Assembly: GCF_054388935.1 (NCBI RefSeq)
Contig: NZ_CM136152.1
Direction: 5' to 3' (one strand)
DNA length: 32,000 nucleotides
Shown: in pieces, positions 18,738-27,899 of the stretch
Layout of the letters: every line of letters begins with the position of its first letter
Numbering within the stretch: the first letter of the stretch is position 1
The notes under the pieces: model-generated
Database searches by the model: none
The model's input: the letters and a program-made list of their open reading frames with translations, nothing else
What the model was told of the DNA's origin: nothing
Program-made: the position numbers and the translations under genes

Positions 18738-19358
18738 ATGACCACTTTTACCGACAAAGAACTGATTAAAGAAATCAAAGAGCGCATAGGCAGCTTGGAC
18801 GTTCGAGACAATATTGAGCGCCGTGCTTATGAAATTGCTCTGGCATCGCTGGAAGCAGATCCAGTTGCTTATATTTTCAAACATCCGGCCGGGAAATTAT
18901 TCTGGGCTTTAACGGATGAAAGCAATAAAGAGCAAGCGGACGTTATTCCTGTTTATGCCGCCCCTCCAGTGCCAGTAGTACCTGAAGAAAAAACAATGCC
19001 TAACCCTCTTAGCATGTACGCGGTCGATGCTGTTGCCGCTATTGCAGAGGTGAGAGGCTGGAATGCCTGCCGCGCCGCCATGCTTCATGGTGCCGAACCT
19101 GTAAGCCAAACTTACAAGTTGAACGAGCTATCTGGCAACTCTCCGGTAACTCCGGATAGTTGGATAAGCTGTAGTGAGCGAATGCCGAAAGGGTATGCTG
19201 ATGTGTTAGTGACCGACGGCGAGCATGTCGAGGTTAAATGGTGGGATGAATCTGGGTATTGGAATAGTTGGACGGAACTTAACTCAGATATCTTTGCCGA
19301 TGAAATAACTCACTGGATGCCGCTACCGGAGCCGCCGCAGGAGGTTAACCGTGGCTAA
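18738..19358 (+). CDS. DUF551-containing / Ea22-like phage accessory protein
   Basis: Start chosen at MTTFTDKELIKEIKERIG; C-terminal WISCSERMPKGYADVLVTDGEHVEVKWWDE...THWMPLPEPP. Confidence 0.8.
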   Translation: MTTFTDKELIKEIKERIGSLDVRDNIERRAYEIALASLEADPVAYIFKHPAGKLFWALTDESNKEQADVIPVYAAPPVPVVPEEKTMPNPLSMYAVDAVAAIAEVRGWNACRAAMLHGAEPVSQTYKLNELSGNSPVTPDSWISCSERMPKGYADVLVTDGEHVEVKWWDESGYWNSWTELNSDIFADEITHWMPLPEPPQEVNRG

Positions 19359-19635
19359 CCTGCAACTTGCCGTTAAAGGTGAATACTTCGATGCCATGAT
19401 TCGCGGAGAGAAAACGGAAGAGTATCGCCTGTGTAATGACTATTGGAATAAGCGAATTATGTTCCGAAAGTATGACCGTCTGATTATCACAAAGGGATAT
19501 CCGAAGCGCGACGATTCCAGCCGCAGAATTGATATTCCGTATGACGGATATGAAATCAAGACAATCACACATCCCCACTTCGGCGATAAACCGGTAAAGG
19601 TGTTCGCGATAAAGGTGAATATCGGCACTGAATAA
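19351..19635 (+). CDS. ASCH-domain-like protein (GTG start)
   Basis: 94 aa: LAVKGEYFDAMIRGEKTEEYRLCNDYWNKRI...YDRLIITKGYP. Confidence 0.75.
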   Translation: MANLQLAVKGEYFDAMIRGEKTEEYRLCNDYWNKRIMFRKYDRLIITKGYPKRDDSSRRIDIPYDGYEIKTITHPHFGDKPVKVFAIKVNIGTE

Positions 19636-19707
19636 CAATCCTCGCATTCGCGGGGATTTCTTTTATCTGAACTCGCTACGGCGAGTTTTGTTTTATGGAG
19701 ATGATAA

Positions 19708-19875
19708 ATGCACTTCCGGGTGACAGGTGAATGGAATGGAGAGCCATTCAACAGAGTTATCGAAGCAGAGAACATCAACGACTGCTATGACCACTGGATG
19801 ATATGGGCGCAGATAGCGCATGCAGACGTAACCAATATTCGAATTGAAGAACTGAAAGAACACCATGCCGCCTGA
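19708..19875 (+). CDS. Small phage accessory protein (55 aa)
   Basis: MHFRVTGEWNGEPFNRVIEAENINDCYDHWMIWAQIAHADVTNIRIEELKEHHAA. Confidence 0.65.
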   Translation: MHFRVTGEWNGEPFNRVIEAENINDCYDHWMIWAQIAHADVTNIRIEELKEHHAA

Positions 19876-19887
19876 TGGCGGTTTTTT
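19868..19887 (+). terminator. Intrinsic terminator overlapping the stop of the 55-aa ORF
   Basis: CCGCC-TGAT-GGCGG-TTTTTT. Confidence 0.8.
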
Positions 19888-19901
19888 ATTGGAGACAAGA
19901 A

Positions 19902-20246
19902 ATGTCAGATTTGGCTATGAAGGTTTTGAAATGGCAATCGACTGGCGATGTCGGCATCAGTAGCGCAACTCTTGCCTCAATCGCATGTGGACTGAAAAAG
20001 AATATCTATGGTCATCACTTCGGCGCTCCACATGACGCAGCCGATTTCCGACGATGCGTTGCGCTTGTCGAGCAGATTCCAGAAATCAGAGATTCATTCG
20101 ACAAGGTTGCAAAGCGCGTTCCGGCATTCAAAGGCATCCTCAACGAATGGGATTCCCTCGTTGCTCTGTTGAAGTCAGAAATGAAGATACACGGAAACAA
20201 AGCACCAGAGACTTACAAAAGAATTAGCGAGTTACGCAATGACTAA
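19902..20246 (+). CDS. Phage accessory protein
   Basis: Start chosen at MSDLAMKVLKWQSTGD, preceded by GGAGAC. Confidence 0.7.
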   Translation: MSDLAMKVLKWQSTGDVGISSATLASIACGLKKNIYGHHFGAPHDAADFRRCVALVEQIPEIRDSFDKVAKRVPAFKGILNEWDSLVALLKSEMKIHGNKAPETYKRISELRND

Positions 20247-20305
20247 CCACAGCCTCACACTCGATGAGGCCTGTTCATTTCTCAATATATCCAGACATAA
20301 CATCG

Positions 20306-20325
20306 CCGCATCAATGCGGTTTTTT
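20306..20325 (+). terminator. Intrinsic terminator upstream of torI
   Basis: CCGCA-TCAA-TGCGG-TTTTTT. Confidence 0.8.
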
Positions 20326-20370
20326 ATTGCCTGATTTGCAGGTTCGATTCCCTATTCGGAGATAGCACTC

Positions 20371-20571
20371 ATGCAACACGAACTACAGCCTGATTCACTG
20401 GTTGATTTGAAATTCATCATGGCCGATACTGGCTTTGGTAAAACCTTCATCTATGACCGGATTAAGTCCGGCGACCTGCCAAAAGCCAAAGTTATCCACG
20501 GTCGAGCAAGATGGTTATATCGTGACCATTGTGAATTCAAAAATAAGCTCTTAAGCCGCGCCAATGGGTAA
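20371..20571 (+). CDS. torI: TorI excisionase / TorR inhibitor (KpLE1-type, AlpA-like fold)
   Basis: 66-aa ORF MQHELQPDSLVDLKFIMADTGFGKTFIYDRIKSGDLPKAKVIHGRARWLYRDHCEFKNKLLSRANG, matches remembered K-12 TorI; adjacent to attR. Confidence 0.93.
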   Translation: MQHELQPDSLVDLKFIMADTGFGKTFIYDRIKSGDLPKAKVIHGRARWLYRDHCEFKNKLLSRANG

Positions 20572-20644
20572 AATAGCGGGTAAAATATTTATCACATCTA
20601 AAAAACACCATTCCAATCAACCCCCTGCCGCTTCAAGTAGATGT

Positions 20645-20659
20645 CTGCAGGGGACACCA
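20645..20659 (+). other. attR: attR core = 3' end of tRNA-Arg argW
   Basis: CTGCAGGGGACACCA, identical to the argW 3' end including CCA; no full tRNA present here. Confidence 0.9.
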
Positions 20660-20868
20660 GATACCCTTCTAACAATATCTACCTTCACCCCGTAAAAGAT
20701 GGGTTTGGCAGCACACTTGCCCTATATCTACTCATTTTTACTGCAACAGGTTGAAATCTCAGCACTGTCAGAAAGCGCTGATGACTAAACAGCCCTGGGC
20801 CGGGCGATGTAACCATCATACAGAATCCTGATAGCGAAATATGGCGTGACTCGATACTTCACTCTGCA

Positions 20869-21021
20869 ATGCATTCCTTGATGAATTCGCAGGCCCGTGA
20901 TACTCGGGACAGGTCGCTGAATGACGACAATGTCCTGGAAATCAGCGAACCGCGTATCCGGAGTACATTTGAGCGACTGTACCAGAACATGAATGAGGCG
21001 TTTGGATTAGGTGATTATTAG
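20869..21021 (+). other. Orphan 50-aa reading frame of unknown origin between attR and cscB
   Basis: MHSLMNSQARDTRDRSLNDDNVLEISEPRIRSTFERLYQNMNEAFGLGDY; frame open back to 20785. Confidence 0.3.
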
Positions 21022-21100
21022 TTGGGCTAAGCATTTTTGTATTATTATTTTCCGGTTGAGGGATATGGAGATATCGACAACAACCGGAAAAAGTTTACGT

Positions 21101-22348
21101 CTATATTGCTGAAGGTACAGGCGTTTCCATAACTATTTGCTCGCGTTTTTTACTCAGGAAGAAAATGCCAAATAGCAACATCAGGCAGACAATACCCGAA
21201 ATTGCGAAGAAAACTGTCTGGTAGCCTGCGTGGTCAAAGAGTATCCCAGTCGGCGTTGAAAGCAGCACAATCCCAAGCGAACTGGCAATTTGAAAACCAA
21301 TCAGAAAGATCGTCGACGACAGGCGCTTATCAAAGTTTGCCACGCTGTATTTGAAGACGGATATGACACAAAGTGGAACCTCAATGGCATGTAACAGCTT
21401 CACTAATGAAATAATCCAGGGGTTAACGAACAACGCGCAGGAAAGGATACGCAACGCCATAATCACAACACCGATAAGTAATGCATTTTTTGGCCCTACC
21501 CGATTCACAAAGAAAGGAATAATCGCCATGCACAGCGCTTCGAGTACCACCTGGAATGAGTTGAGATAACCATACAGGCGCGTTCCTACATCGTGTGATT
21601 CGAATAAACCTGCATAAAAGACAGGAAAGAGTTGTTGATCAAAAATGTTATAGAAAGACCACGTCCCCACAATAAATATGACAAAAACCCAGAAGTTTCG
21701 ATCCTTGAAAACTGCGATAAAATCCTCTTTTTTTACCCCTCCCGCATCCGCCGCTATGCACTGGTGATCCTTATCTTTAAAACGCATGTTGATCATCATA
21801 AATACAGCGCCAAATAGCGAGACCAACCAGAAGTTGATATGGGGACTGATACTAAAAAATATACCGGCAAAGAACGCGCCAATAGCATAGCCAAAAGATC
21901 CCCAGGCGCGCGCTGTTCCATATTCGAAATGAAAATTTCGCGCCATTTTTTCGGTGAAGCTGTCAAGCAAACCGCATCCCGCCAGATACCCCAGGCCAAA
22001 AAAGAGCGCCCCCAGAATTAGACCTACAGAAAAATTGCTTTGCAGTAACGGTTCATAAACGTAAATCATAAACGGTCCGGTCAAGACCAGAATGAAACTC
22101 ATACACCAGATGAGCGGTTTCTTCAGACCGAGTTTATCCTGAACGATGCCGTAGAACATCATAAATAGAATGCTGGTAAACTGGTTGACCGAATAAAGTG
22201 TACCTAATTCCGTCCCTGTTAATCCTAGATGTCCTTTCAGCCAAATAGCGTATAACGACCACCACAGCGACCAGGAAATAAAAAAGAGAAATGAGTAACT
22301 GGATGCAAAACGATAGTACGCATTTCTGAATGGAATATTCAGTGCCAT
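21101..22348 (-). CDS. cscB: Sucrose permease (proton symporter)
   Basis: 415-aa MFS protein MALNIPFRNAYYRFASSYSFLFFISWSLWW... Confidence 0.97.
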   Translation of the reverse strand: MALNIPFRNAYYRFASSYSFLFFISWSLWWSLYAIWLKGHLGLTGTELGTLYSVNQFTSILFMMFYGIVQDKLGLKKPLIWCMSFILVLTGPFMIYVYEPLLQSNFSVGLILGALFFGLGYLAGCGLLDSFTEKMARNFHFEYGTARAWGSFGYAIGAFFAGIFFSISPHINFWLVSLFGAVFMMINMRFKDKDHQCIAADAGGVKKEDFIAVFKDRNFWVFVIFIVGTWSFYNIFDQQLFPVFYAGLFESHDVGTRLYGYLNSFQVVLEALCMAIIPFFVNRVGPKNALLIGVVIMALRILSCALFVNPWIISLVKLLHAIEVPLCVISVFKYSVANFDKRLSSTIFLIGFQIASSLGIVLLSTPTGILFDHAGYQTVFFAISGIVCLMLLFGIFFLSKKREQIVMETPVPSAI

Positions 22349-22409
22349 AATTACCTGCCTGTCGTTAAAAAATTCATGTCCTATTTAGAGATAAGAGCGG
22401 CCTCGCCGT

Positions 22410-23333
22410 TTACTTCTCACTTTCCAGTTCTTGTCGACATGGCAGCGCTGTCATTGCCCCTTTCGCTGTTACTGCAAGCGCTCCGCAACGTTGAGCGAGA
22501 TCGATAATTCGTCGCATTTCTCTCTCATCTGTAGATAACCCCGTAGAGGACAGACCTGTGAGTAACCCGGCAACGAACGCATCTCCCGCCCCAGTGCTAT
22601 CGACACAATTCACAGACATTCCAGCAAAATGGTGAACTTGTCCTCGATAACAGACCACCACCCCTTCTGCACCTTTAGTCACCAACAGCATGGCGATCTC
22701 ATACTCTTTTGCCAGGGCGCATATATCCCGATCGTTCTGTGTTTTTCCACTGATAAGTCGCCATTCTTCTTCCGAGAGCTTGACGACATCCGCCAGTTGT
22801 AGCGCCTGCCGCAAACACAAGCGGAGCAAATGCTCGTCTTGCCATAGATCTTCACGAATATTGGGATCGAAGCTGACAAAACCTCCGGCATGCCGGATCG
22901 CCGTCATCGCAGTAAATGCGCTGGTACGCGAAGGCTCGGCAGACAACGCAATTGAACAGAGATGTAACCATTCGGCATGTCGCCAGCAGGGCAAGTCTGT
23001 CGTCTCTAAAAAAAGATCGGCACTGGGGCGGACCATAAACGTAAATGAACGTTCTCCTTGATCGTTCAGATCGACAAGCACCGTGGATGTCCGGTGCCAT
23101 TCATCTTGCTTCAGATACGTGATATCGACACCCTCAGTTAGCAGCGTTCTTTGCATTAACGCACCAAAAGGATCATCACCGACCCGACCTATAAACCCAC
23201 TTGTTCCGCCTAATCTGGCGATTCCCACCGCAACGTTAGCTGGCGCGCCGCCAGGACAAGGCAGTAGCCGCCCGTCTGATTCTGGCAAGAGATCTACGAC
23301 CGCATCCCCTAAAACCCATACTTTGGCTGACAT
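22410..23333 (-). CDS. cscK: Fructokinase (PfkB family)
   Basis: 307-aa ORF; GGAPANVAVGIARLGG and DSTGAGDAFVAGLL signatures. Confidence 0.96.
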   Translation of the reverse strand: MSAKVWVLGDAVVDLLPESDGRLLPCPGGAPANVAVGIARLGGTSGFIGRVGDDPFGALMQRTLLTEGVDITYLKQDEWHRTSTVLVDLNDQGERSFTFMVRPSADLFLETTDLPCWRHAEWLHLCSIALSAEPSRTSAFTAMTAIRHAGGFVSFDPNIREDLWQDEHLLRLCLRQALQLADVVKLSEEEWRLISGKTQNDRDICALAKEYEIAMLLVTKGAEGVVVCYRGQVHHFAGMSVNCVDSTGAGDAFVAGLLTGLSSTGLSTDEREMRRIIDLAQRCGALAVTAKGAMTALPCRQELESEK

Positions 23334-23438
23334 TTTTTTCCCTTAAATTCATCTGACTTACGCATAGTGATAAACCTCTTTTTCGCAAAATCGTCATGGA
23401 TTTACTAAAACATGCATATTCGATCACAAAACGTCATA

Positions 23439-23514
23439 GTTAACGTTAACATTTGTGATATTCATCGCATTTATGAAAGTAAGGGACTTTATTTTTATAA
23501 AAGTTAACGTTAAC
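23439..23514. promoter_or_regulatory. Divergent cscKB/cscA promoter region with two putative CscR operators
   Basis: Two perfect GTTAACGTTAAC palindromes at 23439-23450 and 23503-23514. Confidence 0.85.
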
Positions 23515-23548
23515 AATTCACCAAATTTGCTTAACCAGGATGATAAAA

Positions 23549-24982
23549 ATGACGCAATCTCGATTACATGCGGCGCAAAACGCACTAGCAAAACTTCACG
23601 AGCGCCGAGGTAACACTTTCTATCCCCATTTTCACCTCGCGCCTCCTGCCGGGTGGATGAACGATCCAAACGGCCTGATCTGGTTTAACGATCGTTATCA
23701 CGCGTTTTATCAACATCACCCGATGAGCGAACACTGGGGGCCAATGCACTGGGGACATGCCACCAGCGACGATATGATCCACTGGCAGCATGAGCCTATT
23801 GCGCTAGCGCCAGGAGACGAGAATGACAAAGACGGGTGTTTTTCAGGTAGTGCTGTCGATGACAATGGTGTCCTCTCACTTATCTACACCGGACACGTCT
23901 GGCTCGATGGTGCAGGTAATGACGATGCAATTCGCGAAGTACAATGTCTGGCTACCAGTCGGGATGGTATTCATTTCGAGAAACAGGGTGTGATCCTCAC
24001 TCCACCAGAAGGCATCATGCACTTCCGCGATCCTAAAGTGTGGCGTGAAGCCGACACATGGTGGATGGTTGTCGGGGCGAAAGATCCAGGCAACACGGGG
24101 CAGATCCTGCTTTATCGCGGCAGTTCATTGCGTGAATGGACCTTCGATCGCGTACTGGCCCACGCTGATGCGGGTGAAAGCTATATGTGGGAATGTCCGG
24201 ACTTTTTCAGCCTTGGCGATCAGCATTATCTGATGTTTTCCCCGCAGGGAATGAATGCCGAGGGATACAGTTATCGAAATCGCTTTCAAAGTGGCGTAAT
24301 ACCCGGAATGTGGTCGCCAGGACGACTTTTTGCACAATCCGGGCATTTTACTGAACTTGATAACGGGCATGACTTTTATGCACCACAAAGCTTTGTAGCG
24401 AAGGATGGTCGGCGTATTGTTATCGGCTGGATGGATATGTGGGAATCGCCAATGCCCTCAAAACGTGAAGGCTGGGCAGGCTGCATGACGCTGGCGCGCG
24501 AGCTATCAGAGAGCAATGGCAAACTTCTACAACGCCCGGTACACGAAGCTGAGTCGTTACGCCAGCAGCATCAATCTATCTCTCCCCGCACAATCAGCAA
24601 TAAATATGTTTTGCAGGAAAACGCGCAAGCAGTTGAGATTCAGTTGCAGTGGGCGCTGAAGAACAGTGATGCCGAACATTACGGATTACAGCTCGGCACT
24701 GGAATGCGGCTGTATATTGATAACCAATCTGAGCGACTTGTTTTGTGGCGGTATTACCCACACGAGAATTTAGATGGCTACCGTAGTATTCCCCTCCCGC
24801 AGGGTGACATGCTCGCCCTAAGGATATTTATCGATACATCATCCGTGGAAGTATTTATTAACGACGGGGAGGCGGTGATGAGTAGCCGAATATATCCGCA
24901 GCCAGAAGAACGGGAACTGTCGCTCTATGCCTCCCACGGAGTGGCTGTGCTGCAACATGGAGCACTCTGGCAACTGGGTTAA
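23549..24982 (+). CDS. cscA: Sucrose hydrolase (invertase, GH32)
   Basis: Start chosen at MTQSRLHAAQNALAKL; GH32 motifs WMNDPNG, FRDPKVW, WECPDFF. Confidence 0.97.
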   Translation: MTQSRLHAAQNALAKLHERRGNTFYPHFHLAPPAGWMNDPNGLIWFNDRYHAFYQHHPMSEHWGPMHWGHATSDDMIHWQHEPIALAPGDENDKDGCFSGSAVDDNGVLSLIYTGHVWLDGAGNDDAIREVQCLATSRDGIHFEKQGVILTPPEGIMHFRDPKVWREADTWWMVVGAKDPGNTGQILLYRGSSLREWTFDRVLAHADAGESYMWECPDFFSLGDQHYLMFSPQGMNAEGYSYRNRFQSGVIPGMWSPGRLFAQSGHFTELDNGHDFYAPQSFVAKDGRRIVIGWMDMWESPMPSKREGWAGCMTLARELSESNGKLLQRPVHEAESLRQQHQSISPRTISNKYVLQENAQAVEIQLQWALKNSDAEHYGLQLGTGMRLYIDNQSERLVLWRYYPHENLDGYRSIPLPQGDMLALRIFIDTSSVEVFINDGEAVMSSRIYPQPEERELSLYASHGVAVLQHGALWQLG

Positions 24983-24989
24983 CATAATA

Positions 24990-25985
24990 TCAGGTGGAAC
25001 AACGGATCAACAGCGGGCAAGGGATCCGCGTCACTCTTCCCCCTTCACGACCTTCAATAATATGCAATGCAGCTTCCCGCCCGATAATGTCATGTGGAAG
25101 CTGAATTGTGGTCAGCGGCGGTAAAAACAGATGCCCGACGCCAACCAGATTATCAAAGCCCATTACGGCGACATCCTTCGGGATACGTACCCCCTTCGCC
25201 AAAAGAACCTGATAAGCCACAAAGGCTGCGCGATCGTTACCACATATCAGAACATCAAAATCTGGTTTGCCCGATTTGAAGTGGTCATTGAGTAAACTTG
25301 CGAGATCGGTGTAGTGATCATCACCTGTTGCCATGTGAAATTGTTTCACCTCAGCCAGATCTCGTCCAGCATCACGCCAGGCCTGCTCAAATCCCTGCCG
25401 ACGATACCCTGTTGCCAACGCACTTTCCGGTAGCCAGAAGCATAACGGTTGACGATAGCCCGCCGCGAGCAAATGCTGTGTTGATTCATATTGTGCAGTG
25501 TAATCATCAGGGATATAACTGGGTAACGCTGGGTCATCCGCCACACAGTTCGCCAATACAATATTTTCACCATACAGAGACTCAGGCAGCGTGATATGTC
25601 GCAGCCCCATTGTAGTATAGATAATGCCATCCGGACGGTGGGCAAGCAGCTGACGTGCCGCGCGGGCAGCGTCATCTTCAGAAAAAATATTGATTAAAAA
25701 ACTATTCCAGCCGAACTCGCTGGCGGTTTGCTCAATGGCAAGCAGAATATCAACAGAGAAAGGAGTGGTAGCAGTGTCCTGCGCCAGCACGGCGAGAGTC
25801 GACGGCTTACGTCCTTGAGCGCGCATCTTACGGGCGGAAAGATCAGGAACATAATTCAGGGTCTGGATTGCCTGCAATACGCGATCACGCGTTGCAGGAC
25901 GCACAGATTCTGCATTATGCATCACCCGGGAGACTGTCATCATCGACACTCCCGCCAGGCGTGCGACATCCTTTAATGAAGCCAT
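24990..25985 (-). CDS. cscR: LacI-family repressor of the sucrose regulon
   Basis: Start chosen at MASLKDVARLAGVSMMTVSRVM. Confidence 0.96.
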   Translation of the reverse strand: MASLKDVARLAGVSMMTVSRVMHNAESVRPATRDRVLQAIQTLNYVPDLSARKMRAQGRKPSTLAVLAQDTATTPFSVDILLAIEQTASEFGWNSFLINIFSEDDAARAARQLLAHRPDGIIYTTMGLRHITLPESLYGENIVLANCVADDPALPSYIPDDYTAQYESTQHLLAAGYRQPLCFWLPESALATGYRRQGFEQAWRDAGRDLAEVKQFHMATGDDHYTDLASLLNDHFKSGKPDFDVLICGNDRAAFVAYQVLLAKGVRIPKDVAVMGFDNLVGVGHLFLPPLTTIQLPHDIIGREAALHIIEGREGGRVTRIPCPLLIRCST

Positions 25986-26221
25986 ACCCAAGCCGTTTGC
26001 CGTAAAACGGGCACTGTAGCAGAAACAGACGTCACTGGCGAGATCCAACGATATTCTCGACGCCCTATCACCCGACACGGCAATACAATAAAAAATAACA
26101 ATAATTCCCGGACAATTGTACCCAATTCCGCCTCTGTTCTCGCCAACGAGTAACCATGTAGGCAAGTAGGTAAAACATGCCAACTGGCATCGCCAATCTG
26201 GAGAAGAAAATATAAATATGG

Positions 26222-26446
26222 ATCATTGTGCTGCCGCTGTATCCCGACATCAGCCCGGAAATTATTGCGATTGCTATCGGTTCAGGTGCGATTGGCTGCA
26301 CGATCGTTACGGACTCGCTTTTCTGGCTGGCGAAGCAATATTGCGGCGCTACGCTCAATGAAACATTTAAATACTATACGACAGCGACATTTATCGCTTC
26401 AGTCGTCGCTCTGGCGGGCACATTCCTGCTGTCATTTATCATCTAA
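26222..26446 (+). pseudogene. dsdX: 3' remnant of the D-serine transporter gene dsdX
   Basis: Encodes [74 protein letters not shown], the C-terminal end of DsdX only. Confidence 0.92.
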
Positions 26447-26463
26447 GCGCAAAGAGACGTACT

Positions 26464-27792
26464 ATGGAAAACGCTAAAATGAATTCGCTCATCGCCCAGT
26501 ATCCATTGGTAAAGGATCTGGTTGCTCTTAAAGAAACCACCTGGTTTAATCCTGGCACGACCTCATTGGCTGAAGGTTTACCTTATGTTGGCCTGACCGA
26601 ACAGGATGTTCAGGACGCCCATGCGCGCTTATCCCGTTTTGCACCCTATCTGGCAAAAGCATTTCCTGAAACTGCTGCTACTGGGGGGATTATTGAATCA
26701 GAACTGGTTGCCATTCCGGCTATGCAAAAACGGCTGGAAAAGGAATATCAACAACCGATCAGCGGGCAACTGCTACTGAAAAAAGATAGCCATTTGCCCA
26801 TTTCCGGCTCCATAAAAGCACGCGGCGGGATTTATGAAGTCCTGGCACATGCAGAAAAACTGGCTCTGGAAGCGGGGTTGCTGACGCTTGAAGATGACTA
26901 CAGCAAACTGCTTTCTCCGGAGTTTAAACAGTTCTTTAGCCAATACAGCATTGCTGTGGGCTCAACCGGAAATCTGGGGTTATCAATCGGCATTATGAGC
27001 GCCCGCATTGGCTTTAAGGTGACAGTACATATGTCTGCTGATGCCCGGGCATGGAAAAAAGCGAAACTGCGCAGCCATGGCGTTACGGTCGTGGAATATG
27101 AGCAAGATTATGGTGTTGCAGTCGAGGAAGGACGTAACGCAGCGCAGTCTGACCCGAACTGTTTCTTTATTGATGACGAGAATTCCCGCACGTTGTTCCT
27201 TGGGTATTCCGTCGCAGGCCAGCGTCTTAAAGCGCAATTTGCCGAGCAAGGTCGTATCGTCGATGCTGATAACCCTCTGTTTGTCTATCTGCCGTGTGGT
27301 GTTGGCGGTGGTCCTGGTGGCGTCGCATTCGGGCTTAAACTGGCATTTGGCGATCATGTTCACTGCTTTTTTGCCGAACCAACGCACTCCCCTTGTATGC
27401 TGTTAGGCGTCCATACAGGATTACACGATCAGATTTCTGTTCAGGATATTGGTATCGACAACCTTACCGCAGCGGATGGCCTTGCAGTTGGTCGCGCATC
27501 AGGCTTTGTCGGGCGGGCAATGGAGCGTCTACTGGATGGCTTCTATACCCTTAGCGATCAAACCATGTATGACATGCTTGGCTGGCTGGCGCAGGAAGAA
27601 GGCATTCGTCTTGAACCTTCGGCACTGGCGGGTATGGCCGGGCCTCAGCGCGTGTGCGCATCAGTAAGTTACCAACAGATGCACGGTTTCAGCGCAGAAC
27701 AACTGCGTAATGCCACTCATCTGGTGTGGGCGACGGGAGGTGGAATGGTGCCGGAAGAAGAGATGGAGCAATATCTGGCAAAAGGCCGCTAA
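26464..27792 (+). CDS. dsdA: D-serine ammonia-lyase
   Basis: 442-aa ORF; PLP site [16 protein letters not shown]. Confidence 0.98.
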   Translation: MENAKMNSLIAQYPLVKDLVALKETTWFNPGTTSLAEGLPYVGLTEQDVQDAHARLSRFAPYLAKAFPETAATGGIIESELVAIPAMQKRLEKEYQQPISGQLLLKKDSHLPISGSIKARGGIYEVLAHAEKLALEAGLLTLEDDYSKLLSPEFKQFFSQYSIAVGSTGNLGLSIGIMSARIGFKVTVHMSADARAWKKAKLRSHGVTVVEYEQDYGVAVEEGRNAAQSDPNCFFIDDENSRTLFLGYSVAGQRLKAQFAEQGRIVDADNPLFVYLPCGVGGGPGGVAFGLKLAFGDHVHCFFAEPTHSPCMLLGVHTGLHDQISVQDIGIDNLTAADGLAVGRASGFVGRAMERLLDGFYTLSDQTMYDMLGWLAQEEGIRLEPSALAGMAGPQRVCASVSYQQMHGFSAEQLRNATHLVWATGGGMVPEEEMEQYLAKGR

Positions 27793-27899
27793 TTAATTTT
27801 CAATTCAGCATCGCCATCCTTTCCCTGGGTGAGCGATGCTGCCGATGGCGCAGACTTAAGGTCCCTGGTCTTACCTGCTATAACCCCCTCCTTTTATCA

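Noticed and set aside
20371-20659. A complete tRNA-Arg gene at the prophage end
   Set aside because: Only the last 15 nt of argW are present; there is no acceptor, D or anticodon arm, so this is an att duplication and not a tRNA gene.
24045-24388. Alternative-frame ORFs inside cscA
   Set aside because: The invertase reading frame is conserved and complete; these are frame shadows.
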